This document shows, one piece after another, positions 8,201 to 18,505 of a stretch of DNA of 64,000 bases. The translations under genes and the position numbers were made by a program. Each line of letters opens with the position of its first letter. Within the stretch, counting starts at the first letter, position 1. Under the pieces are notes generated by a model. That model was not told the origin of the DNA. It made no database searches and was given only the letters and a program-made list of their open reading frames with translations. Source of the DNA: Promethearchaeota archaeon (GTDB taxonomy: Archaea; Asgardarchaeota; Lokiarchaeia; Sigyniarchaeales; SOKP01); NCBI GenBank assembly GCA_019058295.1, contig JAHPZI010000021.1, positions 128,001-192,000 of the forward strand, in the 5' to 3' direction.

Positions 8201-9100
8201 GTGGTTGAAATTACTACAATAAATGGGAAAGTAAGTCATCATTATATCTGTCCTGAATGTGGTGGTAGTATCATATTAGATCAAGAGAGAGGTGAAACCG
8301 TTTGTAGTCAATGTGGGTTGATAATTAATGATAAGTTTTTTATTACTTCATATTCTGAGAAAAGGGCATTTACTCGAGAAGAAAAATCTAGAAAGTCGAG
8401 GACTGGAATATTAATTTCTCCTTTATTATCAGATTTAGGATTATGCACGTTAATTGATAAAAAGAACATTAATAATCCTGATTTAAAAAGGGCTGTGAAG
8501 AGGGATTCATATTTAACATGGAAAAAAAGGAATTTATTGATTGCATCAATAGAATTAAAAAGGCTTAGTACAAATTTAGGGATTCCTTGCCATGTAATAA
8601 GTGTGGCATTAAGGTTCTATAAAGAAATTTTTAAAAACAATTTGTTAAAAGGTAGAACCATTAAAGGGATGGTTGCTGCGTGTTTATACGCTGCGTGCCG
8701 GAATGAAAATCTACCAAGAACATTTCAAGAGATATTAAATGAATCTCCGATTAGTTGTAAGACAATTAAAAAATGTTTTAAAATAGTACTCAACTACTTC
8801 AATTTAAAATTGCCACAAGCAAACATAATCTCTTTTATTCCTAGATATACTTCGGCACTAGGTCTAAATAATGATGTTGAAAAATTCGTTATAAAAATTT
8901 TACAAAGTTATTTAAGAAAGGTATCTAATAATGGCAAAAATCCAAAAGGACTCTACGCTGGTGCAATTTACCTTGCTTCAAAACTAAAAAATTCTGGGGT
9001 GACGCAAAAGGAAATCTGTGAAGTCGTAGATACGACCGAAGTCACGCTCAGGTCTAGATACAAAGAGATTATTGAGAATATTAATTTCTTGACAATTTAG
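8201..9100 (+). CDS. tfb: Transcription initiation factor IIB paralogue
   Basis: CPECG...GETVCSQCG Zn ribbon; cyclin repeats KGRT...AACLYAACR and GKNPKG...TEVTLRSRYKE. Confidence 0.92.
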   Translation: MVEITTINGKVSHHYICPECGGSIILDQERGETVCSQCGLIINDKFFITSYSEKRAFTREEKSRKSRTGILISPLLSDLGLCTLIDKKNINNPDLKRAVKRDSYLTWKKRNLLIASIELKRLSTNLGIPCHVISVALRFYKEIFKNNLLKGRTIKGMVAACLYAACRNENLPRTFQEILNESPISCKTIKKCFKIVLNYFNLKLPQANIISFIPRYTSALGLNNDVEKFVIKILQSYLRKVSNNGKNPKGLYAGAIYLASKLKNSGVTQKEICEVVDTTEVTLRSRYKEIIENINFLTI

Positions 9101-9141
9101 ATATAATGAAATTTTAAATTAAATAAAAACTATTAGTTTAT

Positions 9142-9417
9142 TTATTTCCTTAAAGCTTTTTCATCAATTTTTCCAATCACATTTAAAGGTAAATTATCGG
9201 AAATTTCAATTATTTTAGGTAACTTGTATTTAGCTAAATTGTCTTGAGCGTATTTTAAAATATCTGCTTTTGTCTCTTCATTATTCTCGTATCCTTCTTT
9301 CAAAAGTACATAAAATTTGACAATTTCGGAGCTTGAACGATCTGGATTGGGTAATCCCTCGCATTCACAAAGCTCAATTGGAGGATGTATATTGTATACT
9401 ATTTTTTTAAGTTTCAA
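9142..9417 (-). pseudogene. Remnant C-terminal domain of an acyl-CoA synthetase (AMP-binding_C)
   Basis: HPPI...LAKYKLPKIIEISDNLPLNVIGKIDEKALR; there is no room for the large N-terminal domain. Confidence 0.7.
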
Positions 9418-9465
9418 TTTTAATAAAAGATAAGATAATAAATAAATCAGGCTGCCTTAAAAAAA

Positions 9466-9855
9466 CTATTTATTCATAGAAATCTGAGGTTTTTTTATCC
9501 TTAGTGCCTTTTCAATGTTCTCTATTAATTTTTTATTTGAAAAAGGTTTCGTTTTAAAGCACAAAACTCCAATAGAAAGTGCAATTTCCTTAATGGTAGT
9601 ATCGGCACTTGCGAATATTATTTTTGCCTCACTATTGATACTAAGAATCTCTTTTGAGGCTTCAATTCCGCTCTTAATAGGCATTCGATGGTCCATTATG
9701 ATAATATCTGGCTTTATGGGGAAATTTTTATACATTTCTACTGCTTCCTTTCCATTTTTAGCAGTGCCAATAACATCAAAGCCAGAGGCTCTCAGCAATA
9801 TCTCATATAATTGCAGTATTGCTAATTCATCCTCAACAATAAAGATAGATGCTAT
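9466..9855 (-). CDS. Single-domain response regulator (CheY-like receiver)
   Basis: IFIVEDE acidic pocket (upstream of track start 9798), PDIIIMDHRMP, FASAD, KPF. Needs an ATA start at 9855. Confidence 0.9.
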   Translation of the reverse strand: MASIFIVEDELAILQLYEILLRASGFDVIGTAKNGKEAVEMYKNFPIKPDIIIMDHRMPIKSGIEASKEILSINSEAKIIFASADTTIKEIALSIGVLCFKTKPFSNKKLIENIEKALRIKKPQISMNK

Positions 9856-9856
9856 T

Positions 9857-12800
9857 TTATATCAGCTCCGGAATTAATATAATAAAATTGCTTCCTTGTG
9901 AGGGATCTCCTTTAACTTTATCTTCTACCCAAATATCTCCATTGTATTCTGATAAAACTCTTTTTACAAGTAATAATCCCAATCCCATACCATGAGTTTT
10001 TTCCTTTCGATCAGAAATCCCTTTGAAGATATGTTCTTTCATTACATCTGGAACACCAATTCCATTATCGATGAATTCAAATTTTGCATAATTAGTACCA
10101 TTTTTAAACTCTCGAGAGATTTTTACAAAGATTTCAATTCTCTTATTCTCATTATATTTAATACCATTAAAAAGGATATTTTCAAAGACATCTAATAAGA
10201 GTTGGTTTGCGTTGACCTTAACTTCTTTGATCTGGGATTCAATAGCAATATTTATGTCTTTATTGGGGAGGCTTTTGTGAATAAAGCCCTTTGCTTCTTT
10301 TAAGATTTGAATTCCATCAACTTTTTCCAGAGGACTCACTGTTTCTGTAATTTCTGAGAGTTTTCTAATATTTGAAACGAGTTTTGATCCCCTTATTAAT
10401 TGATCATTAATAATTATCATTAATTCGTTGATCTTATTTATTTTCTCAGGTTTATTTTCCCACATTGAAAGGAGCCCTAAAGAGGATTGTATATTTTGAA
10501 GTATATTACTTATATCATGAGCAAATAAATCCTTATAGAATTCCGCTCGCTCATAAGCCTCCCGAAAATCTTCTTCGGATTTTTTTAATTTCTGTTCGGC
10601 CACCACCTCTTCTGTAATATCTCTTGCGATACATAAAATTCCTTCGGTTATTGGATACACACTTACTTCATAGTGTCCTATATGACCATTAGGAAGATTA
10701 AATGAATCCCTCACACGGTTTGGGATTCTTGAATTCATTACATCTTCGTATGTCTTAAAGAAGGGAGTTTGTTCTATACCCGGAAACACGTCAGTTATTT
10801 TATGCCCTAACAAATTATCTCTTGGCATATTAACTAATTTTTCAGCTAATTTATTAACTAAGGTGTATACCCAATCTCGATTTATCGCGTAAACTCCATC
10901 TGTTATAGATTCTAAAAGCATCTCATAGCGTTCTGACATTGTACGGTATTTTTCTTCAGATTCTTTTAAGTTTTCTTCAGCATTTTTCTGCTCAGTTATA
11001 TCTATAAATATTTCTTGAACTGCTGGTTTATTATTAAAAGTAATGAGTGAAGCATATATTTCAACAATTCGAGGAGTACCATCTTTTCGAATAATACGAA
11101 ATTGATAATTTGGTGGAACTGGTTTTCCTTTTAAACGTTCCTTATGGCGATTTAAAACGAATTCTCTATCATCTGGATGTATTAGGCTTATAACTTCTTC
11201 TTTAGACATAGACAGTAAATCATCAACGCTATATCCCAAGATATTCGATAATGCCTTATTTGCGAATATAATTTGAACTTCTTGAAGAATACATATTCCT
11301 TGTAATGATTTTTCTACCAACATTCGATATTTTTCTTCTGATTCTTTTAATTTTTGTTCCGCTTTTTTGCGCTCTGTAATGTCCCTTATAAACATGACAA
11401 CCTTATTTTCAGAAAAATATAGAAAACGACCTTCATAATAATGTATCCCATCTTTCATTTGTAGTTTATATTCAAATATCTGTTGTTCTTTTGAATTAAT
11501 TGCTTTTTTAATATGTTCTGCGCTTACTCTACCCACTTCAGGAGGTAATATTTCTATAGCTTTTTTTCCTAGGAATTCCTCTGGAGGTATGTATAATTCT
11601 TCCATTTTGCCACTATATTCTAAAATGGTGGTATCAGCAGCCACTAAGAAAAATAAATCAGGTAGCGCTTCAAAAATAGCCCTAAATTTCTTTTCAGATT
11701 CTTTTAATTTTTGTTCTGCTTTCTTTCTTTCAGTGATATCTCTCATAATAGATAAATAAGTGTTTTCGTCCTTCTCTCCAATACTATCCATATTCAATAA
11801 TGCCGTAAAAGTGCTATTATCCTTCCGCCTTAATTCAACCTCAAAATCTCGAACAAAACCTTTTTCACTTAATATTTGAAATAATTCAGAACGTTGTTCA
11901 TTAGAAACATATGTATTTTGGATACCAACCATGTTTACCTCTTCCTTGCTATAACCAGTAATCTCTTGGAGAACCGAATTCATTTTTAGTACCTTTCCAG
12001 GAGACACAACTCCAATTCCTATTGGTGATTTTTCAAATAATAACCGATATGATTCTTCTGATTCTTTCAATTTTTGTTCTGTTTTTTTGCGATCGGAAAT
12101 ATCCCTAAGAATGGCTAAATCAGCAGGCTCTCCCTTCCATTCTGTTTTCGCGGCATTTATTTCAACACATACGTTGGGTCCATCCTTTTTAAGTAAAATT
12201 GTTTCATATTTTGCGAGGGTTGGTTTACCATCAATTCTTTTCTTAAATCTTTCCATAACCTTATTAATTTCATCAGGATGCAATAAATTTTTAATATTGA
12301 GTTTGAGCAATTCATCAATACTATAACCTGTTACCTCTGAAGCTCGCTCATTTGCATAAACAATTTTGCCTTCTCCCATTCCAATGAAAATACAGTCATT
12401 AGCATTATTAGCTATATCTCTAAAATTCTTCTCAGATTCTTTTAATTTTTCTTCAGCTTTTTTCTGTTCGGTTATATCCTGGATTATGGCTTGGAAAAAA
12501 TTTTCTCCTCGTATTGTTATATTAGCAATATCAGATTTAATCCTTGCAATTTCTCCATCTTTTCTTTTAACTTCTAATTCCTGTGGTTTTATTCCACCAC
12601 CTTTAGTTATTGCTTGAAATCTTTCTTTTAATACATTGATCATACTTTCCGAATAAAAAGGTAATTGTAAGTAATTTTGACCAATTAGTTCATCTCTTGA
12701 ATAACCAAATATGGTCTCAGTACCTGAATTGCAATCAATAATATTTCCAGTGAAATCAAGCAATGCAATTGCATTTGGCGAATTTTCATATATATTTCGA

Positions 12801-13237
12801 TATTTCTCTTCTGATTCTTTTAATTTTTGTTCTGCTCTCTTGCGTTCTGTAATATTACGCCATATTGCTTGTATATATTTCTTATTGTGTATATTTATTG
12901 CCTTGGCACTTACATAAACATCTATTATTTCACCGCTTTTTGTTATTTGTTTCGTTTCAAAGAGATCAGCTCCTTCTGTTAGAACTTTGAAAAAATGTCC
13001 CTTAACTTCTTCTGGTGTTTCGATAATTTCAAAGGCTGGTATCTTAAGTTTCTTAAATTCATCACGTGTATAGCCTAAGTTTTTATATGTTACATCATTG
13101 AAATCTACTAGTTCTCCTGTCTCTGGATCGATGAGTACAATTGAGTCTGCTGCTTGTTCGAATAAAGCGCGATATTTTATTTCACTATCCCTTAATAACT
13201 CATCATCATCATTTTCTTCATTTTTAGAATCGTTCAA
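9857..13237 (-). CDS. Cytoplasmic sensor histidine kinase with seven PAS domains
   Basis: Seven DITE..KAEQKLKESE-type linkers; H-box FAHDISNIL; N-box NILFNGIKY; DNGIG; GMGLGL. Confidence 0.93.
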   Translation of the reverse strand: MNDSKNEENDDDELLRDSEIKYRALFEQAADSIVLIDPETGELVDFNDVTYKNLGYTRDEFKKLKIPAFEIIETPEEVKGHFFKVLTEGADLFETKQITKSGEIIDVYVSAKAINIHNKKYIQAIWRNITERKRAEQKLKESEEKYRNIYENSPNAIALLDFTGNIIDCNSGTETIFGYSRDELIGQNYLQLPFYSESMINVLKERFQAITKGGGIKPQELEVKRKDGEIARIKSDIANITIRGENFFQAIIQDITEQKKAEEKLKESEKNFRDIANNANDCIFIGMGEGKIVYANERASEVTGYSIDELLKLNIKNLLHPDEINKVMERFKKRIDGKPTLAKYETILLKKDGPNVCVEINAAKTEWKGEPADLAILRDISDRKKTEQKLKESEESYRLLFEKSPIGIGVVSPGKVLKMNSVLQEITGYSKEEVNMVGIQNTYVSNEQRSELFQILSEKGFVRDFEVELRRKDNSTFTALLNMDSIGEKDENTYLSIMRDITERKKAEQKLKESEKKFRAIFEALPDLFFLVAADTTILEYSGKMEELYIPPEEFLGKKAIEILPPEVGRVSAEHIKKAINSKEQQIFEYKLQMKDGIHYYEGRFLYFSENKVVMFIRDITERKKAEQKLKESEEKYRMLVEKSLQGICILQEVQIIFANKALSNILGYSVDDLLSMSKEEVISLIHPDDREFVLNRHKERLKGKPVPPNYQFRIIRKDGTPRIVEIYASLITFNNKPAVQEIFIDITEQKNAEENLKESEEKYRTMSERYEMLLESITDGVYAINRDWVYTLVNKLAEKLVNMPRDNLLGHKITDVFPGIEQTPFFKTYEDVMNSRIPNRVRDSFNLPNGHIGHYEVSVYPITEGILCIARDITEEVVAEQKLKKSEEDFREAYERAEFYKDLFAHDISNILQNIQSSLGLLSMWENKPEKINKINELMIIINDQLIRGSKLVSNIRKLSEITETVSPLEKVDGIQILKEAKGFIHKSLPNKDINIAIESQIKEVKVNANQLLLDVFENILFNGIKYNENKRIEIFVKISREFKNGTNYAKFEFIDNGIGVPDVMKEHIFKGISDRKEKTHGMGLGLLLVKRVLSEYNGDIWVEDKVKGDPSQGSNFIILIPELI

Positions 13238-13366
13238 ATTTATTCCCTTTTTTTCATAATTTTATTTTTTTTAATATTATTTATTCTCCTTAAATCTTAT
13301 TTCATCTCGAAAATTTATACTTTTGTTTTAACAAAAATAAGAAACTTAAATAGAGGAGATTTCAAA

Positions 13367-13490
13367 ATGAAAAAAAAAAAGAAAATATACCATCATCACA
13401 GTTATTCTCATTATTTTAATTATCCCAATTCTTATTGGAATATACAAAGAATATCTGTTTGTAAGAGCTTTATTTTTTGGTATAAATTAA
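13367..13490 (+). pseudogene. Small single-TM protein interrupted by a one-base shift in an A11 tract
   Basis: GGAG SD + ATG + A11. Removing one A gives MKKKRKYTIITVILIILIIPILIGIYKEYLFVRALFFGIN*, ending just before the convergent lysZ stop. Confidence 0.45.
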
Positions 13491-13492
13491 AA

Positions 13493-14302
13493 TTAAACAG
13501 TTATAGTTGTGCAATTATCATTATTAAGAGCTTTGATAATTGGATTCTCTCGTAGACCAGAAGCGATAATTACTTGCTTAATTCCTTCACTGGCAGATTT
13601 TAGGGCGACAACAACCTTGGTTTTCATACCTCCAGTTACATTTTCAAGGATTAATTCAGAGTTTTGCCTATTTATATGATTAATAAGGTTCTTATTTTTA
13701 TCTAATACTCCATCTACATCAGTTAAAAGGATTAGTTTATCTGCTTTAGTCGCTACTGCGATTGCATCAGACATTCTATCACTATCACCACCAACAATCT
13801 CATTATCTTCGCTGATAGCAACAGAAGCTATAACTGGGATATAATTTTTCTCCCAGAGAATTTCGATTAATCTGGTATTCACTTTAGTTGGTTTCCCCGT
13901 GTAATTATCCTTAAGCTTTCTTTTACCATTCAAAATAACCATTGCTTTTTTAAATCTTTCAGCTATTATTAGACCCCCATCTACTCCCGATATACCAACA
14001 GCCGGGAGATCCTTAGCAAGCATTTCTTTTACAAGGCGTTTATTATTTAGGCCCGCAACCACCATAATATAAATATCTCTGGTTTCCTCGTCTACATAAC
14101 GAGCTTTGTAACCTTTCGTAGAGTGAGTAAAAATCTGGGGTTTACCCATCTTTTCAGCCACAGCTGTAATTACATCAGCTCCAGCATGACATAAAATTAA
14201 TTTCTTGTTTTCAGCATGTAGTTTTACTAAATCTGAGATCAGAAAATCTAGGTTTTCCTTTACTAAATCTCCTCCCACTTTAATAACAATCTTTTCTGAC
14301 AT
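13493..14302 (-). CDS. lysZ: [LysW]-aminoadipate/glutamate kinase (ArgB/LysZ family)
   Basis: KIVIKVGG, RYVDEET..IYIMVVAGLNNK, GISGVDGG, LTDVDGV, GGMKTKV. Confidence 0.8.
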   Translation of the reverse strand: MSEKIVIKVGGDLVKENLDFLISDLVKLHAENKKLILCHAGADVITAVAEKMGKPQIFTHSTKGYKARYVDEETRDIYIMVVAGLNNKRLVKEMLAKDLPAVGISGVDGGLIIAERFKKAMVILNGKRKLKDNYTGKPTKVNTRLIEILWEKNYIPVIASVAISEDNEIVGGDSDRMSDAIAVATKADKLILLTDVDGVLDKNKNLINHINRQNSELILENVTGGMKTKVVVALKSASEGIKQVIIASGLRENPIIKALNNDNCTTITV

Positions 14303-14323
14303 CTTTCTTAACTTCCTTTTCTA

Positions 14324-15472
14324 TTATTCTAAATTGCTAACAGCACATTCCACAATTCCACGAGCTACTTTACCTTCGCTAAATACATGTGTTAGATCCC
14401 CAAAATCAATGGTAGCATTAGCTTCACTCGCAAAAAGATTTGCCTTGCTAGTTCCATCAATAAGCAACTCTTTTATTTCATGATAGATCTCTAATTTCAT
14501 ATACCTATCCATATCTGAATGGAATTTTTTATCTTTGGCTTCAAAATCTACTTTAAATCGTTTTTTCATGTGAGTCAATTTGAATTCTTCCGAACTTTTT
14601 AGTTGGTTTCCAAGATCTCTTATATTATTTCTTAGATCTATATCATCGGAATTAACTAATATATCAATGCCTAAAAGTATGCCCCGATCTTTAACCCCAT
14701 CCAGTTTAGTAGCACCGTCTAACACAGACTGGCACATTTTAAATGAGAAAGTTTTTATTCTATCGGAGATTTCGAATTTAACTGAAGGGTTACCTTGAGA
14801 GGTGTTTGCCACGATACATTCCTTCATTGGTATTCTAAATAATGCGGCAAAGATTTCTAAAGGTGAACCTTTCTTTTTACCAACGACGACTCTAATATCA
14901 GCAATATGAGACTTATATTGTTGAACATATAACCCCCATGGATTTGCAAGGATTCTCTCATCTTTAAATAAATATTCATCTAATTCTTCCCGGTTTTTAA
15001 GAAATGTAACCCTCCAGCCTCGACCCCCCCCAGTTGGTTTAATTACAACGGGATATTCAAACTGGCTTTCAATTGTATCTACAATTGATTTTCTAATCTC
15101 TCTAACTTTCAATCTTGGATGATTTGTGATAGGAATCCAGATTGTTGGTGTTGACTGAATCCCCGCTGCTTCAAAGCATGCAGTAGTCAGTGTCTTATTA
15201 TCGCAAATATTTGTAACGGAGGGATTATTAAATAATTCATACCCATTGAGAGTTAACATTGGCTGAATATAATTAACTTGAGACATTAAGCCTATTCGGT
15301 TAATAATGACTGAGTCTTTTTTATAGCTCTTTATAGGATTCAGCAAAGACCAACCCTTATCTTCCACAGAAAATATTTGATGTGAGTATCCTAAATCCTC
15401 TGAGGCTTGTTGAATTCTTTTAATTTCTAACCAATCGCTTCTATATCCCGATAATATTATTATATCCGGCAT
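14324..15472 (-). CDS. RimK/LysX-family ATP-grasp ligase
   Basis: CDNK, YPVVIKPTGGGRG, YVQQY...DIRV, GIDIL, EAN. ATG at 15472 preferred to GTG at 15520; adjacent to lysZ. Confidence 0.75.
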   Translation of the reverse strand: MPDIIILSGYRSDWLEIKRIQQASEDLGYSHQIFSVEDKGWSLLNPIKSYKKDSVIINRIGLMSQVNYIQPMLTLNGYELFNNPSVTNICDNKTLTTACFEAAGIQSTPTIWIPITNHPRLKVREIRKSIVDTIESQFEYPVVIKPTGGGRGWRVTFLKNREELDEYLFKDERILANPWGLYVQQYKSHIADIRVVVGKKKGSPLEIFAALFRIPMKECIVANTSQGNPSVKFEISDRIKTFSFKMCQSVLDGATKLDGVKDRGILLGIDILVNSDDIDLRNNIRDLGNQLKSSEEFKLTHMKKRFKVDFEAKDKKFHSDMDRYMKLEIYHEIKELLIDGTSKANLFASEANATIDFGDLTHVFSEGKVARGIVECAVSNLE

Positions 15473-15673
15473 TTTAGATGTCTTAATTTTTACTTCAGTT
15501 GTACTTATATAAATTGACACTTACTAAAGAAATTTATGCAATTAAGAAATGAATCCTCATCGAATGTCAAAATTGAAAAATTTCTTAGAATTATAAATAT
15601 TAAAATTTCTAACAACTTTTTTAAAATTCAAGCAATTAAGTAGAGAAAAAAATTATTATGAGGTTTAAATAAT

Positions 15674-15949
15674 ATGGAAGTAATAGAATGGGTGTTTATC
15701 ATCTTATCGTTTATTGCTTTTTATTTTTTCATTGGTAAAAAAGCAAGCAAACCCAGTTTTAGGATAATAGGTTTTATTTTATCAGTCATTATTGCAATTC
15801 TTATCACAATTTTTAGTTTTTCCATTGGAGTTTTGAGCCTTGCTTTTATCAACCTTTGTTATGTATTCTTAAATGGATATGGAATATTTAACTGCTTTAA
15901 AGAAATAAAATCAAATCGCCAAAATTTTGAAAAACAGGAAATCAAATAA
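15674..15949 (+). CDS. Small membrane protein (about 3 TM)
   Basis: Hydrophobic 91-aa ORF with a GAGGT SD. Confidence 0.6.
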   Translation: MEVIEWVFIILSFIAFYFFIGKKASKPSFRIIGFILSVIIAILITIFSFSIGVLSLAFINLCYVFLNGYGIFNCFKEIKSNRQNFEKQEIK

Positions 15950-16142
15950 GTAAAACGTAATTTATCATTTATCATTAAATAACAACCTTTATTTAATGAA
16001 TAAAGGTATAATCTTTTTTTTAAATCATAATCATCATATTTAAAAATAGAATTTTCTGTATAAAGTTAGAAAATTAATTTTTATAAAAATTAGAAAAAAT
16101 AATTGGATTCCCACTAAGCTAATAAAAAAATTCTCTAAAACT

Positions 16143-16916
16143 ATGTCTATAAAGAATTTGGAACAGATTCTTGAAAATGAATTAAATAAAATATATAAAA
16201 GAATTCTTGCTAAAAAAACCGTTAGGATTTGTATATATACTTTTTTTATTATATTTTACCCGGGAATTGTTTTGGCAATTACAATCGCAGATGTATATGG
16301 TCCAGAAGGATATAATATATTTAATAATTATATTAGTGATCTGGGCTCAATTAGATATACTCCTGCTCCATTTATTTTAGATGTTTTATTAATAAGTACC
16401 TCAATATTATTAATTCCTATTTTTCTTTATTTAGAACAAATTATTGTTTCAGGCCCTAATCTTAGTAAAAGATTTTTGAATACTTCAATTTTTATAAAAA
16501 TTTTAGCTAGAATTGGTAAGATCTCCTTTATATTAGGCTCTATTGGGTTGCTGGGTGCTGGTATTTTTAATGAAGACTTTTCACCATTTAATATACACAT
16601 TATTACAGCAATATTTTTTTTTGGAGGTTATTTTATTGGTGCTTTTTCTACTGGATTAATAATTTTATTAAAAAAAGTAATAATCCCAAAAGCGATAGGT
16701 TATATTATGGTATTTAATTCAAGTGGAATTTTTATTTTATATGCATTTATAAAGGTAACATTTATTACCTATTATTTTATTGAATGGTGTCTATTCTTAA
16801 GCATACTTATATGGTTTGTTCCAATTACAATCATAATATTAAGATATCAAGATAAAAGTATTAAAAAAAATTCATTAACAAATAGGGAAAAGAAAAAAAA
16901 TTTCGAATGCAAATAA
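16143..16916 (+). CDS. DUF998-like multi-pass membrane protein
   Basis: YNIFNNYISDLG motif, GIFNED..H, about 6 TM. Confidence 0.65.
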   Translation: MSIKNLEQILENELNKIYKRILAKKTVRICIYTFFIIFYPGIVLAITIADVYGPEGYNIFNNYISDLGSIRYTPAPFILDVLLISTSILLIPIFLYLEQIIVSGPNLSKRFLNTSIFIKILARIGKISFILGSIGLLGAGIFNEDFSPFNIHIITAIFFFGGYFIGAFSTGLIILLKKVIIPKAIGYIMVFNSSGIFILYAFIKVTFITYYFIEWCLFLSILIWFVPITIIILRYQDKSIKKNSLTNREKKKNFECK

Positions 16917-16955
16917 TCTATAAAATAGGAAAATATTACAATTCGATTTCGCAAA

Positions 16956-17960
16956 TTAAGATTTTATGAATGAGTTGATTATCTTACTGTGATTATAACT
17001 ACTTCCTATCTTATTTAATGAGGCTCCATTTAGCTGCTGATAAGTTATATTATTTATTTTCATTAACTCATTAATCCTTTTTCTTAAAGTACCTTCAGTA
17101 ATTAGAGCAGCTTCAGATAAATCTTTTTGCAAACTAGTATCTCCATTTATTTTTGAAGATATATAAAGTGCTGCTGCGGTGAATCCTTTTGGATCCTTTC
17201 CTAAAAGTTTAAATTGGTTTTTTTTACTATTTTTTAATATTTTTAAAGCAACATTTCTAGTTTTCATTGATAAGTTTAGATCCTCTTGAATTCTGTCAAT
17301 ATATAGTTCAGGTTCAATGTGCTTAAGTTTAATATCCAAAATGGGAAAAACATTTATATATATAATTTTAAGACTCCTATAGAGATCTTTCTTTGATAGT
17401 TCTGAATCTTGGATAATTTCTTCCAAAAAGATTGGAAGTTCATACAACCGAATTGCACTATATACTGAAGCAGATAATAAACTTAAGATACTTCTCCCTT
17501 TAGTTAATTTTAATTTTAATGCCTGCAGATATATTTTTAAAGCTTCACTTGAAACAAAGCTAGGAAATTTCAATTGGTTTTGTAAACGGTAGAGTATTGG
17601 TAAAGCAATATTTAGATTTCTTTCATATCCATTAATTAAATCCCTATTAATTTTAGCTAATCTTTCATATTTCAGTTTATTTTTAGGTCTTAAATAATTT
17701 CCTAATGCATCTTTATAAGAGGTTAATAGGGTTCTGGGTCCAATTCGGCTATATACACGTTCATTTATTTGTCGATTTTTTTTTTCTTCTTGAGTATGGG
17801 CTCTTATCCCAGAAAGATCTATTATTCTTGAAAAAGTTGTTCCACAATTTGTGCATGTATAGTATCCTTCAGTACTAATAATATTTGGAGCTTCACAGCA
17901 ATTTTCATTCAATTCATCAGAAAAATCTAAATAATTCAATCTAACAGTATTAACAAGCAT
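16956..17960 (-). CDS. tfb: Divergent transcription initiation factor IIB paralogue
   Basis: CC...YTCTNCG Zn ribbon; KGRS...SASVY; GKDPKGFTAAALY; TEGTLRKR. Confidence 0.85.
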   Translation of the reverse strand: MLVNTVRLNYLDFSDELNENCCEAPNIISTEGYYTCTNCGTTFSRIIDLSGIRAHTQEEKKNRQINERVYSRIGPRTLLTSYKDALGNYLRPKNKLKYERLAKINRDLINGYERNLNIALPILYRLQNQLKFPSFVSSEALKIYLQALKLKLTKGRSILSLLSASVYSAIRLYELPIFLEEIIQDSELSKKDLYRSLKIIYINVFPILDIKLKHIEPELYIDRIQEDLNLSMKTRNVALKILKNSKKNQFKLLGKDPKGFTAAALYISSKINGDTSLQKDLSEAALITEGTLRKRINELMKINNITYQQLNGASLNKIGSSYNHSKIINSFIKS

Positions 17961-17965
17961 TATTC

Positions 17966-18475
17966 TTAAAAATCACCATAAATTTTTTTAGTATTAGAAG
18001 TGCAGATACACCCTCTAAATTTTAAATCCACCGGAAGTATTAAATCATTCAAGATATCTAAAACTATTTCCATTGATACAAAATGAATTATTGGATTAGT
18101 CCTAAAATGATAATTTACAATCATATCAAGCTCTTGGATTTTAGAACCAGCAATTAATATTTGAAAATTTCTCAATCCACTTAATCTGAAGGCATAGATC
18201 ATATGAGGACATCCTTTAATTATTTCAGTTATTTTGTTTGGATATTTTGTTTGAATATTTACATTTGCGAAATAAATATTTGACTTTTTTAAGTTTAATC
18301 CTGCTTGGTAATCTAATATACCAATATCTACTAATTTTTTGATTCTTATTCCTACAGTAGGTTGACTTCTATGGACTTTTTCTGCAATTTCATTGTGAGT
18401 AATATTTGGATCACTCTGAATAATGGTTACTATCATTTGATCAATATCATCAATTTTCATACTTTTATTTAGCAT
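17966..18475 (-). CDS. Lrp/AsnC-family transcriptional regulator
   Basis: IDDIDQMIV...ITHNEIAEKVHRSQPTVGIRIKKL HTH plus RAM domain. Confidence 0.88.
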   Translation of the reverse strand: MLNKSMKIDDIDQMIVTIIQSDPNITHNEIAEKVHRSQPTVGIRIKKLVDIGILDYQAGLNLKKSNIYFANVNIQTKYPNKITEIIKGCPHMIYAFRLSGLRNFQILIAGSKIQELDMIVNYHFRTNPIIHFVSMEIVLDILNDLILPVDLKFRGCICTSNTKKIYGDF

Positions 18476-18505
18476 TCTTTTCTCCTTATAAATGGTTAAT
18501 AAATT

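Noticed and set aside
10570-12860. Recurrent ttctgattcttttaatttttgttc DNA repeats
   Set aside because: They encode the PAS-linker helix (EQKLKESE) of the kinase and are not an independent repeat element.
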